Under the pieces are notes generated by a model. It worked only from the letters and a program-made list of their open reading frames with translations. It made no database searches and was not told where the DNA came from. A stretch of 64,000 bases of DNA from Heptranchias perlo (Eukaryota): the NCBI RefSeq assembly GCF_035084215.1, contig NC_090325.1, positions 105,648,001 to 105,712,000 of the forward strand, in the 5' to 3' direction. A program made the translations under genes and the position numbers. Position 1 is the stretch's first letter. Each line of letters opens with the position of its first letter. Positions 26,530 through 39,762 of the stretch are shown here, in pieces.

Positions 26530-27454
26530 TCAGTCTTTATAAAGCCTGTGATCTTCTTTCCTACCACTGGTGTTAGTAATCCCCTATGCCCCATCCTCTC
26601 CTACCTTCTCCACACCCGCCACCACTCCACCAAGTCTCACCACACATGTTCGTGATGCATAAAGACTCCTTCATGTCTGCAGCGCATTCTGGGTAAGGTC
26701 GATCACCAAAGTCCAAACCAAGTAGTTGACCAACTGTTCGCTTCTCTCCCAGACAGAAGCTTTTCCAGCCCGTATTTGTGCTGCTTGCAGTGAACTGTGG
26801 GAGAAAGTCAGCCAGCCCCGGATCAGATGTTACCCAGTCCCTAAGTGAACAGCGCAAATGAGGGCTGGAAAATTTATTCGGCTACACAAAAAATGGATGG
26901 TTGGCAACATGTATAATATTGGGTATAACTGCAGCTTGAATCATGACGAGTTCATGTTCCACTGCATTCCTGTTGTGATTTCTTCTTTTCATCTGTCATA
27001 CATAAGGCCATTAGTTTTCACTGAAAAAACAAACTGAATTGTGAAATATGAACCCAAAACACTAATAAAGATCCTGAATCCAATGCAATAAAAAGAGACT
27101 TAACTTATTCAGTTGCCTTGTAGCAGTGGCCTTGGCCATTGCCTTTATTCAAGGTTGCTTTTCGGTTGTACATTGTTTTTTGAGTTGTCAGTTTTTTTCA
27201 ATTTGTTCGTCAGCTTTTTCGAGTTTTGTGCGTTGGCATATGTGAAGTCATTTACTGAGGTTTGCTGCAGCCTGCCCTAGTCAAATGATTGATTATTTGA
27301 CCTGTTAATAAAGTGTACCCATGACAAAGGATGTGTTTTGGGAAAAACTCAGAGGACACACGCTGTCTTCCTGATTGCTGCTTTGACTTACTTCTCCTTA
27401 CTTTTCAGTTACAGTTTTTAACTGTGTGCAAGGTGAGGACTTTTAAAACACAAA

Positions 27455-27635
27455 GTGGGTCATTTTCAACTTTGTCGCCTGGCCGATAACCTGGCGGGTG
27501 AAATGAAAATCAGCCGAGTTCCACAAGGGGTGGGCGGTCTGGTCCGCTCTGCTCCGACCCTTGTGTCCGACTCACCCGATTTTCATCCCATTCACCAGGT
27601 TACTGTCCAAGTGGCGAAGTTGAAAATTAACTCCC
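27455..27635. mobile_element. Palindromic Harbinger-type MITE
   Basis: GTGGGTCATTTTCAACTT...AAGTTGAAAATTAACTCCC with long internal inverted arms; TSD AAA. Confidence 0.8.
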
Positions 27636-29292
27636 AAAGTTATTGTGTGGATAAGTAAACGATTCTTTAACAAGCTAATGCTAGCCACAGTTGTTGTTCT
27701 CAGTTATTCGAATATGGTTTGCCTGGCTTATGCATCTGAGTGAATTTTCTGTTCTAAAATGTTATTAAAACTGCAAGGAACCATGCAAACAAATGGACAG
27801 GAATTGTTCTGGAAGAGTTTAACAAATAGCCACTGTATTCCAACCTTCTGAAGCTGCACATACTCGTCCTCTCCTTTACTTTTCTCAGGTAAACTGAGAA
27901 ACAGCAAAAGCAATTTCTTCTCAACAGCAGCAGTCCATGAAGGTGGGATCATTTTATAGGGCACACCTGCCGCAGCATCAGCAAGGTGCAGTGAGCAGCA
28001 GAGGTGTGAATCCTGGCGATTGGAGACTTCGTCAGAGAGAAAATGGGATTACAGAGCAAGATGTGTGTTAAATTGATAGCCACGTACCTGTTGCCATGAC
28101 TATGTGCAGCTCAAGGTATCAGCTACTCTCTTCTCTGCCAAGCAAGATGCAGTGAATGAAAGATAGATTCTACTTGAGTTCTGTAACTTAATACCAACCA
28201 ATTACAGCAACAGTGGAATAAAAAGAGAAAAGGGAATGTTGCTGACTGATACCGAGATTTCACTCTTCATGTTATCTGTAAAGTATCTTTAATAAATTCC
28301 GTTTTGTCCATTCCAAGATCAAGTAGACAGAAAGGTTAGCTCCAGGGAGAAAATGGAAAATAGGTGAGCATTTGCTGCATTCAGAAGAGAGTACAAAAAC
28401 ACGAAATGGGAGTTTATTGAGAGCGCGTTTCATTTTAAATAAAGAGGATTGAAAGGTCATATATACTGAAAACATTAGTGGATGAATTGAAAAGTCTGAG
28501 CCTGGCCTCTGATTAAACGTCTGCTTGATCCTGTCTGTATTACAAGCTTGCACTGCCCCGAAGCCATTCAATCACTGGCTATGCACAGATTAGACCTGTC
28601 AGGTTGTGCCTGCGAGTTTACAGTGAGTGCTTGCCTGAGTGCCTTTAATCCCGCGAGGTTTTTTCAAATGTCAGAACTATCTTGAGGGAAAGTAGACTTC
28701 CTGCTGGGTCCCACTGACCATAAATTGCTTTATCAGAAGGAGTGAGGACAAAAGAGTGGAACAAACAGATGTTTGACAAGAATTGTTCTCCTCCAGAAAA
28801 TGGACAAAACCAACATGATAGCCTCACATAGGCCACAACACAACCCTGAACCTAACCTCTTAGCTGGCTCAACCTCTTATATATTAGCCGTTTCCACCAA
28901 TATTGCAATATGTTTTTGTGCTGACATGGAGATATTTGTAAACTCAGGTCAGTACATTGGAGTACAAAATTATTCACTTCCTGCCAATTCTTGCACAATG
29001 CCAACTCCAGAACCTCTTAGGCAGTGTTTTAATGAACTACAACACTTGAAGTAAATACTGAAAACTAGTTTCCTGCCATCTAGTCTCACTCTCCTTCATT
29101 GGATAGTGGCAATTTTAGAAGTGGGTATGCTATATATCATGTACAGACAGGATTTATTTTGCAGGAGTTTGAAGCATGTTCCCCCAGAAAAAAATTGATT
29201 TGGATACTTTATTTGGTCTATTTTCCAGTATTTTGTAATACACTTACATATGTAAATATTTTTGGTGTGCATACTACTACATACCAGAGATT

Positions 29293-29772
29293 AAAGAAAG
29301 AACTTGCATTTAAATTAGTATTTTTTACATCCTCATGATGCGCCTTGTGGCGTTTTACTACGTTAAAGGCACTATATAAATGCAAGTTGTTGTTGTTTAC
29401 AGGCAATTAATTATGTCTGAATTATGTTGGTGTATGGACAACCATCGCAGCCAATTTGCATATGACAAGGTCTCACAAATAGCAATGAGATAATGATCAG
29501 ATAATCTGTTTTAGTGATGTTGGTTGAGAAACAAATATAGGCCACAACACCGTTCCTGCTCTTCTTCAAATAGTGCCATGGGATCCTGAGCAGGCAAACA
29601 GGGCTCAGTTTAATATCTCATCCGATGGACGGCACCTCCAACAATGCAGCAGTCCCTTGGTACTGCACTTAAATGTCAGCCTGGATCATGTGTTCGAGTT
29701 CTGGAGTGTGGTTTGAGCCCACAACCTTCTAATTTAGAGTTGAGAATGCTATAACTGAGCCATGCTGACACT
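29293..29772 (-). mobile_element. Full-length DeuSINE with an antisense L2-type tail inserted at 29340-29398
   Basis: Head GTGTCAGCATGGCTCAG on the minus strand, Deu core and tail; internal plus-strand ...CTATATAAATGCAAGTTGTTGTTG. Confidence 0.8.
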
Positions 29773-30753
29773 TACCTCACTAAACTAGATAGAAACCAAC
29801 TACAATGACAAATCGTAAATCACTAATCTATCACCAAAATAATAGATTTGCTTATCTACTTTTATTTCAAGTTGTTTTTTGCTTTACCATTAAACTTTCT
29901 TGCGCCTAGAAATTACTGTTGCTCATATTAGCAGATGAATTCTTAATGCATTGATATGATATCCATATATGATACGCAGGTATCAACCCGTTTAGTTCAA
30001 ACAGTTTAACATCTGTTAAAGTAAAGGGCAGAAGAATGTCATACAAATGTACATTGTGCTCATCTGCTAATATAATTTCTAAGCTTTGATTTCCAATAAG
30101 TCACTGATAATAATAGTATACAGTATAAATACAGTAGCTGTTACACTGCCTTTTGATCTGCATCAGATGATGTCTGAGTACTTCATCTTGACCTTACATC
30201 ATTTACCATCTTGTGCTTTTGGAGCCAGGATCGGATGTACTACTTTGGATCCCATAAGGGAAGAGAAGGTCTATTCGGTTCTATCGTCATTTCTCTTTAT
30301 CCTTCATCATATCATAATCATTCTACCTCTTCATTAACTCTTCAAAATTGTGATTCAATTAAAATTAAAAGTGGATCAATGAGCTCACTGAACAACGCTA
30401 TATAACTTCATTCATTCAAATAAGGATCCACCATCGAGAGAGCAAAAGAATCTGAAGGTATCGGGGTCTTCAGCCGCACTGGCCTATCACACTCCCAACA
30501 GAACAAGGAAGCTCGCTGAAATCCTGGTAGGTCTGTGCGGCGGGCACTACAGGGTAACCTGCCCCATATATTTAAATTATCCGGTCCCCAGAATTTGGGA
30601 CAGGGTCATGGTAGGGACAAAACCAGTAATAGTTGCACAACTAAATGTGTGTAGGTATGTGGCAAGTATATCATTGAGGACGAAGCATAACGCACTGTTT
30701 AATCTTCATTCATACCTTAGCCTCCAGAAATAAAAAGTGGCGATACTCAGCAC

Positions 30754-30981
30754 ATGGTAAATTTTATGTTTTAGGGCTCCAGGCACAGAAGTTTGTGCGA
30801 TGGAAGTGCAGATTGGTAATTTCAGTGCAGAAGTCAGTGGATCTGATTTGTGGCCTGCATGATTTTCTATCCATGAGGAGCCATGAGTCAAGTGCACTCA
30901 TCTCCATGACGAGAATTTCCAATATGCACTCCTGCTGTGTGAAGCTCTGCACTGGGAGCACTGAATCGTAAAATTTACCCC
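30754..30981. mobile_element. Harbinger-type MITE
   Basis: GGTAAATTTTATGTTTTAGGGCTCC / GGAGCACTGAATCGTAAAATTTACCCC inverted ends. Confidence 0.65.
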
Positions 30982-31519
30982 AGTATGTCCTAATGTATCC
31001 TCCACTCTGCTCCTTCTCCACTTTCTCCCTCGAATTGCACTTTCAGCACTTGACGAAACAGGTCACCATGCTCCGCTCCTCTCACTGCAGTAATAGAATA
31101 CAATAAACAGATGGCGAGATTATGGTTCACAGGTATATAATGATATAAAGTTTATTGTGACAAGTCTAACTACCTAATAAAGCTACTGAACGACAACCAT
31201 TTGCACTTTAAAACACATTCATTACACTGAACTTCAACTCTGCCAAGAAGGTGTACTGCAGGTGAGCCCTGTACACTGCTGGCAAGAAAACGTATTCGGA
31301 TTTGATCGTTTTGGTTGACAAGAACCAAGTAAGTGCATCTCATAATCAATATATTTTCTGCTGTTCCACTGAATTATGCTGAGCAGGCATTTCCTCGTTT
31401 AGCTTCTGCTCTTTATTGGAAATTGTGTTTAATGACAATTTAAAATGTTAAAGACAGCAACTTCTTTTATTAGCGGCACGCAACATGGTGACAGGAATAT
31501 TAAGCAATTGCACTTTGTT

Positions 31520-31865
31520 TGTTTCCTTCAATTTCTGCCCTCTTCTAATGAGGGCACCAACTCATACTGAGGTCGTTTCACAGGGAGCAGCAGCCCATTA
31601 GCTAGTCTTCATGGTAGACAGTGTGTCTGACCACGGAGGATATCACAGCTGAGCCCAATCCTATTCTCACCCAGCATCGCACATTTGAGCTTCCAGCAGG
31701 GTCCATCAATAATGATCAAGAGGAAGAACATGTGTCAATTTTCCCTTTCCTCTGCTCAGGAACACAGAGGCCAATTGTAGCACTCCCACTGCTGGCCTAC
31801 CTAGAGCAGCTAACCCAGTACAGACCAGGGACTCCATATCATGTTGTGCCTTTACCCACTGATCC
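31520..31865 (-). mobile_element. SINE family B copy
   Basis: GAGCCCAATCCTATTCTCACCC...GAGGCCAATTGTAGCAC...CAGTACAGACCAGGGA motifs. Confidence 0.65.
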
Positions 31866-32944
31866 ATTAAGAGAGCTTGTACATGCACATACGTGAACAT
31901 GATCAGTAATGATGCACCCTCCCACTATGGTTGAATGCCTTGCTGACATTCATGGCCAAGGCTCACACATGAATATTAGACAGAGGAAAAAATCAACGAG
32001 AAAATAAAGTTTCCAGTGTAGTCAGACTGCACAAAGCAATTTACAACTTAAAAATGACTGGCCTGTCAGCGTGAAAGCCGACACAAGAGAATATAAGAAT
32101 AAACCTGCTGGTTATTGTGCAACCAATATATGTGCAATACCCTCAAGCTTACAACTAAGGAAGCACAGCCTCAATGTTCAATGCACAAACACAGAATCTT
32201 TTCTTCCTCCTCGGCTTCAATCAGGTTTCAGCTTTTTGGTGTCCGTTTTTTAAAAGGGGACAAGCTTGTTGGGTCTAATAGCCTTTCCAGTTCTTAAAAA
32301 TGATTATGTTCATGAGGAATTTATAAGTGGGAACTCTTTAAAGTGTGAACTCGCAGGACCCCTCACTAAAACCTCTTCTGAAACTGGATACTTAAAACAG
32401 AAAGGAAGAAAAAGAAAGAGGCAGACTGAGAGACAGAAACCAAGAGGAAATGCAAGATTCTGCCTCCTCTGGGCAGCTAATGGCAGGTCTTGCCATGACC
32501 CACCTTCACAGACCCACCTCTGCGCTGAGATGTGATCTGGTGGATAACAGATTCAGGAGTGATGACAGAAACAAGTTTATTGCAAAATGCTCCCATCAGA
32601 AATGACAAATGGAGATAATTATCTAATAAAGTGTTAGCTAGCACTAACTGACTGCAGCATCCTCAAAGAAAAGTGGACAATGTCATTTCAATAGGATGTA
32701 TCTCTTCAGCTTGACAAGTAAGACAATGTCTCAAATTATCCCAATAATTACATGCTATTATATCTGTTAATTTTATGTTTCACTAGGCCACATTATTGAC
32801 AGGCACTTTCTAAATCCATCTATAAAATGTACAGGGTTCAATTGACCATGACTTAAGATCAAGAGCTGGCAGGATTATGTACAGCTCACAGATAAAATCA
32901 GCTTTGGGTTCAATGGTACTGTTTGGCATGCCATATTGAACCTG

Positions 32945-33864
32945 TCATAGAATCATAGAAAGGTTACAGCACGGAAGGAGGTCATTCAGCCCATTGAGTC
33001 CGTGCCGGCTCTATGCAAGAGCAATCCAGCTAGTCCCACTCCCCCGCCCTATCCCTGTAGCCCTGCAAATATTTTCCTTTCAAGTATTTATCCAGTTCCC
33101 TTTTGAAAGCCACGATTGAATCTGCCTCAGCCACCCACCCGGCAATGCATTCCAGATGCATAAAAAAATTTTTCCTCATGTGCCTTTGGTTCTTTTGCCA
33201 TTCAAATCTATGTCCTCTGGTTCTTGACCCTACTGCCAATGGGAACAGTTTCTATCTATTCTGTCTAGACCCTTCATGATTTTAAATACCTCTATCAAAT
33301 CTCCTCTGTTCCAAAGAGAACAACCCCAGCTTCTCCAGTCTATCCATGTAACTAAAGTCCCTCATATCCCTAGAATCATTCTAATAAATCTTTTCTGCAC
33401 CCTCTCTAAGGCCTTCACATCTTTCCTAAAGTGCGGTGCCCAGAACTGGACACAATATTCCAGTTGTGGTCGAACCAGTGTTTTATAAAGGTTCATCATG
33501 ACTTCCATACTTTTATACTCTACACCTCTATTTATAAAGCCCAAGATCCCGTATGCTTTTTAAACTGTTTTCTCAACCTGCCCTGCCACCTTCAATGATT
33601 TGTGTACATATACCACCAGATCTCTCTGTCCTCTACTCCTTTTAGAATTGTGCCCTTTAGTTTACATTGCCTCTCCTCGTTCTTCTTACCGAAATGTATC
33701 ACCTCACATTTTTCTGCATTAAATTTCATCTGCCACGTGTCCACCCTTTTCACCAGCCTGTCTATATCCTCTTGAAGTCTATCACTATTCTCCTCACTGT
33801 ACACTTTACTTCCAAGTTTTCTGTCATCTGCAAATTTGGAAACTGTGCTCTGTACACCCAAGTC
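32945..33864 (-). mobile_element. CR1 LINE 3' fragment (RT C-terminal half)
   Basis: SKFADDRKLG...WQMKFNAEKCEVIHFG; LYKTLVRPQLEYCVQFWAPHFRKDV; (CATAGAAT)n tail. Confidence 0.95.
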
Positions 33865-34649
33865 TACAAATATTAACAAGCAAAATAAAGTGCTGAACAA
33901 TTCAAAACTAATTAATGTTTCCTATCTGCTCAATCACAGTCCATGTCAGTTTTCCATCTTACAGACCACATTGAAAACAATATTGTCGCTCGGTGCACTG
34001 CATATTTTTATTGACTACAAGCAACACCTTTCTGCAGAAACATCAAAGCAAATTTTGCCAAACTGAGAACTTGTAGTTTTACCTATAGAATATGATACCA
34101 TTTATTTATTAAAATGGATGATGCCATCTATTATAGATTAAACATTTTGTTCCAAAATGCACTGAAAACTCCGAAGTCAGGCTTTGTCTATGGCAAAATC
34201 CATTTTAAAAAGTGTCAACATTTGGGTGCAGTACCAGTTATGCCTGTAGTTGGCGGTGTGAAAGGCCTTTGCAATGTTGAAAGATCTGTCGTAGCTGCAT
34301 AACCCATTACTGGCAATGAATATTGGCCCTTGGATCATGCAATTGCTTTATGAAGGTGCTGAATGGCAATGCAGGAATCTTTTCACTTTGATCACAATGC
34401 ATCAGTGTTGGGATTAAAAATAAAAATAATCTAATGTTCTGAAACAAACTTTAAATATATTGGGAAAAATCAGTCCTCACCTCCGCTTGAAAGTGAAATG
34501 AAATGCAGCCATTGTGTAAGTTCGATCCATCCTCCCACGACAACCCAACCTGCAGTATGCCACTGCCTTGCTGTTTACAAGTCCTCAGGTCCCTCTGTGA
34601 CCCCGATGTTGAATTTAATCTGGTCTCCAATCAGCTCCCGCACTCAGAC

Positions 34650-35530
34650 CTCTAGAACTCTCCCTGATGCCCATTTGGCCTCTCCCCATTAACTCTTTAA
34701 TTTTCTATTCTATCTTAATCCTTTTTTCCCAGTTTTTAATGAATCCCTCCAAGATCAGCTGCTAGCCCTGACTCCCACCTCAATAGTGCACCTCTCCCCT
34801 CTGCTCAATAATTTTCTTAACTTCCTTTTAACCTTCTCCATCCATTTTTAGACCACTTTTGCAGATTAATTACTCATCAAATTTTCTCTGATGGGGCCTC
34901 TGAGCCATTCTGGCCATCCCCAATCCTGACTGCATCCATCACTCAAACAGCTCGGGCCTCCTGATCCCCGAACGTCCCCACCCTCCCAATGAACATCTGG
35001 CTTGCTAGCCTGCAGCCTGAGCTTCAGCTGCCTGAATCCCCACCCCACTGAATTTGTTCATGAGGTTCCCGGGACATTCCTCAACTCTCTATCACCCTCC
35101 TGGTTCTATTTTTAGAGGCTCCATCGCCCATTCCTCAGCTGGCCCAACTCCCGAACCCCACCCCCGCCACTTTTTTGAGCCCCACAGTCCAATAGCCCCC
35201 GATTCCCAGCGCACAGCAATCCCCCACAAGCGTGTTTTCAGGCACGTGTCCCATTCCACTGCCATCTGCAATCCCTGTCTCCATTCCTCCTACCCTGCCA
35301 TCTGTCTCTCTGCCCTGTCCTCCACATACTCTCCTCTTTGCTCCCTCCCTCCCCACCCCATCGTCCTCCTCTCCCTACTCGCCCCTCCTGCCTTTCTCCC
35401 TCTCCTCCTTTCTCACCCCTCCCTTCCACCCCTACCTCCTTCTCCTCCTCCCATTTGCTTCCTCCCATTTTCTTCCTCCCCCACCTTGGTCCAATTTTTC
35501 CCCTGCCCTCTAACCCTGATTGGCCCGAGT
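34650..35530. repeat. Pyrimidine-rich low-complexity tract
   Basis: Strong C/T bias on the plus strand with runs of CCT/CCCT. Confidence 0.6.
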
Positions 35531-35971
35531 ACTTAACTGGTCTTGACTTTCTGTTTGCAATGCCACAGAAGATCGATTAGCTGTAAATATAATTAATAGA
35601 CTAGAAACGGATCAATTTTACATTTCCTCAGAAAATAGTGCACTGCATAATCAGAATTCTTTCAGGATTGTCCTAAATAAGATCCACAGATGTGTTTGCA
35701 AGCATTCTATCATGGTTTGCACTATTTATGCATCCGGCTGTATAATTATGAAAATATTTAGAAAGTTCTTCAGTATGTTTTGATTGGCATTATCGCAAAC
35801 TTTATTCAGGCCCTTTATTCATTTGCCACTTAATTACACAGGATATCTGTCAACTATTTCTTATTCCTCTTTTCAAAGCATTCTGAGCTCTTTTACTTCG
35901 ACTGCCTTCTGTTTCTGATCTTTACAAAACATCACCAGTTTAAATGCCCATTGATGAGAAACCCTATTGCA

Positions 35972-36320
35972 AACAACAACAACAATTTGCATTTATATAG
36001 CGCCTTTAACATAGTAAAACGTCCTAAGGTGCTTCATAGGAGCGTTATCAAACAAAATTTGACACCGAGCCACGTAAGGGGATATTAGAACAGGTGACTA
36101 AAGAGGTAAGTTTTAAGGAGCGTCTTAAAGGAGGAGAGAGAGAGGTAGAGAGGCGGAGAGGTTTAGGGAGGGAATTCCAGAGCTTAGGGCCTAGGCAGCT
36201 GAAGACACGGCTGCCAATGGCGGAACGTTGAAAACTGGGGTTGTGCAAGAGGCTAGGATCGGAGGAGTGCAGAGATCTCAGAGGGTTGAGGGCTGGAGGA
36301 GGTTAAAAAGATGGGGAGGT
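35972..36320 (-). mobile_element. L2 LINE 3' end
   Basis: (AAC)n tail + TTGCATTTATATAGCGCC; RVFSCLGPKLWNSLPKPLRLSTSL. Confidence 0.9.
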
Positions 36321-37599
36321 CATCAAACAGACCAGCAACCACCAATATTTCACCTAGTGCGATATAACTCAAAATGTAATCTTCAAAGGCAACTTGGTTT
36401 ATGAAGGATAAAATCTGCACTTGTACTGATGGATGTTTTTCACAGTTTGAATGAACATTGTGTAAAAAATTTAGAAATCCAGCATTGCTTTACTGAAATC
36501 CTAGTGACAACACAATATGTTACAAGCACAAGACATGTACAAATAGCCCTCATGCCCACAAACACAAGGGAAAAATTAGGCCTCAAATATTTATTGGAAA
36601 ATGCATTTCTGGAGGGAAAAAATGTTTTTTTATCCTTTTCAGGCTGTCATGTAGGTTTCACACAAACAGGCAAGCTTCCTCAAAGATCTAGAAACTAATA
36701 ACTAGCTTTCCCAGAAAACTAAACTGACAAGAAGTTCCTTTTGGGTACCGCAATTCCAAGCATATAGCAGTTCTCCTGAACTGTCAGCTGACAATGATCA
36801 CAGTGTTAGCTGAGGGAAACAGATACCTGGACACAGTATCAAGGGAGCAACTAAGCTCTAACTGCAATGTTCAAACCACAATTTAGAGGAGAATGATAGA
36901 ACATAAAGAGCCATCAGCTTGAAATTGCTCACCGTCTGTAGTGTGTTCATTAAAAAGGAGTTGAGCAGGCAGATTATTAGCTTGTAAAGTAAGACCTTGT
37001 CAAAGAACATCCTGAGTCGGAACTGCATGTTAAATGTAATGTAAATGAGATCTGCAGATTTACAAAGTGAATACATCAAACAATGTCACTGCTGTCATTT
37101 CTTTTAGTGGTCAACTGAAGAAAAAGAGGTCTCAGATTCAGTTTTAGCACTTCCTGTGGGCAGTGAGCTTAGCTAATGTAAATTGAGGGTCAGGTTGGTA
37201 GTCACTGCCACTAACGCCCAACTTGTCTTAACTAGTTCTGGGGTTATTTTAAGGTCAATTCTACAGTTCTTAATATCATTCAGAATATGGAACGAGATTA
37301 GCCATTTGAAACTTCAAGCCTGTTCCTTATCATATCTACTCCACTCATTTATTTTCCCGAGGAAAGGTTCTGTTAACTTAGTTTTGCTCCCAAAGGTAAA
37401 TTGAGTATAACTACAGAATATCTATCTAACCGTACATAATTAACAATTCAAGTTTTAAGTCAGTTACTTCTATCTCCCTTTTCTTTTTCTCATCTAAATG
37501 CAAGTTGCTGTTGTGAGTGTACATTTGTTAACAATTAAAGCTTTACTTTACTTTGGGGGTGGGGTACAAGAGATTCCCCCCAGTGGCTTCACAGGAAAC

Positions 37600-37940
37600 G
37601 CACCGTTTGATATGCTGTGCTCCATACAGCCTGGGAAAGTCTCTGGTTTGATCGCTGGTCTGTGCTGTCCAGATCTCAGCTGGAGCACTGATGGCAAGTT
37701 ACAAGTGTCCTCAGTTTGCTGACTAAGAAGGTGAAAATAAATAAATTATGTACTGTTCTTGCTCCTGATCACTGATACACGATGAAAAGAGTCTACCTGT
37801 AAACATCAGCTGAAGACAAGTTTCAACTGTGGATACCCACCACGATCAAATTGCATGTTGACACTATCTAGATGTATACATGCAAAATAGCAAGTTAGGG
37901 GAGATACAGAAGGCTGCTGGCACCTAAAGAATCCTATCAC
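37600..37940 (+). mobile_element. SINE family B copy
   Basis: GGTCTGTGCTG...GATCTCAGC...TTCTTGCTCCTGATCACT motifs. Confidence 0.65.
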
Positions 37941-38058
37941 AACATTACAGCAGTGACTACACTTCAAAAAGTACTTCATTGGCTGTAAAGCACATTGGGA
38001 TGTCCTGAGGTTGTGAAAGGCACCTTTAAAAGCAAGTTTTTTCTTTATTTCTTTTCTT
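37941..38058 (+). mobile_element. DeuSINE 3' tail
   Basis: ACATTACAGCAGTGACTACACTTCAAAAAGTACTTCATTGGCTGTAAAGC... Confidence 0.8.
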
Positions 38059-38087
38059 TAATTCTCTGCATTCAAAAGAGGATGGAA

Positions 38088-38541
38088 AAAAGAAGGAAGG
38101 AACTTGCATTTATATAATACCTTTCATGTGCTCAGGATGCCTAAGTCACTTCACAGCCACCTTTTTGGGTGGTCACTGTTGTTTTGTAGGCAAATACGGC
38201 AGCCAATTTTCACACAGTAAGGTCCCATAAACTGTTTTGAAATGGATGACCAGGTAGTCTGTTTTTAGTGGTGTTGGTTGAGAGATAAATGTTGACCAGG
38301 GCCAGGGCATGGGGACAGCTTCCCACCTCTTCTTTGAATAATGCCATGGGATCTTTTATATCCACCTGCACAGGCAGACGGGGCCTTAATTTAACATCTC
38401 ATTTGAAAGGCCGCACCTCTGATAATGCTGTATGCCCTTACTGTATGCCCTTGATTATGAGTTCAAGACCTGGAGTATGGCTTGAACCCATGACCTTCTG
38501 ACTCGGAGGTGAGAGTGCTACCACTGAGCCAAGGGTGACAC
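38088..38541 (-). mobile_element. Full-length DeuSINE
   Basis: tRNA-like head GTGTCACCCTTGGCTCAGTGGTAGCAC (minus strand), Deu core, tail. Confidence 0.87.
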
Positions 38542-39577
38542 AGAAGGGGAAAATGTCCTGGAAAGCTAATGATTGTTTTTAAAGGTTTTCTAACCCTGAT
38601 TTACTTCCCATGCCAGTGAACATCTCAGGCGATCCTACAAACAAAGTCCTACTTGGAGAAGGATATCCTTCAGGCTTCTAACAACTTACATTTGGTACAC
38701 AGGACACACTCTCCGCGATCTGGTTCCGATCACCAGTTAATTTTGTCCTTCCATCTACACGGAGGATGACGTTTCAAGGTGAACCATTTTCCCCTTGCCT
38801 GACAACAGCTATCAGCCGCCCTGCAGAGCTTGTTAGCAGCACTGTTTCTTCAGAAGATGGAAGTCAGGATGCCAGCCACTGCTGCAAGAAATTATATGGG
38901 AAACTGGGAATTCCAGGCATTACAAATTTCCACTAGCAAAGTGCAAGATGGCTGTCAACATACAGAAAATGCCTCTTATTACCAGAAAGATAAAGGTTAT
39001 TTTGTGAGATCTCCCAATTATAAAATGAAAAAAAATCTCTCATGTTGACATTTCCAGTTTCCCATGTGCCTTCGCCAGCTGGGTCAGGGAGACTCTTGGC
39101 AACACCATATATGAACATTAGAGCATTCAAAAATCACTGATTTCATCTTTTCTGGCACCTGGTTCAAAAATAAACATTGCTGACTGTTACTGAGCAATGG
39201 GACCAGGACAGGACTAAGCCAGCATGGCGGGTATGTCCAAATGAGACGCAACAAGCAACGGTGATGTAACAATCTGTTAAAAAAATTAATCACATCTGGG
39301 ACAGGAAATTTTTTTGTACTGATTAATATCAGCATGTGTTGTGGAATGCAGCTTTGCAAAGAGGTCAATGGAAGCCAGGCAACATACGGTGAAACTCCAG
39401 CAAGGCCATCTTCAATTTGTCAACAAAAAACAATGACATTAACCAATGACTGGTTTTATCATCTGTGAAGGGAGTAGTTAGAGGTTGTCTTGAAACTTAC
39501 AAATACATTTGAATAATAAAAACAGCATCCTTTGTTCACCCTTATACAACAATTTCATTATTGTGGAATTGTCACTA

Positions 39578-39762
39578 AAACATCACTAAAACAGATTGTC
39601 CGGTCATTATTACATTGTTGTTTGTGGGACCTTGCTGTGTGCAAATTGGCTGCTGCACTTCCTACATTACAACAATGAATACACTTCAAAAATACTTAAT
39701 TGGCTGTAAAGCACTTTGGGAACATGAAAGGCGCTGTATAAATGCAAGTTCCTTCTTTCTTT
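39578..39762 (+). mobile_element. DeuSINE 3' half
   Basis: AACATCACTAAAACAGATT...GGCGCTGTATAAATGCAAGTT. Confidence 0.82.

Noticed and set aside
35054-35580. Pro/Ser/Leu-rich ORFs
   Set aside because: Artefacts of the pyrimidine-rich low-complexity tract.
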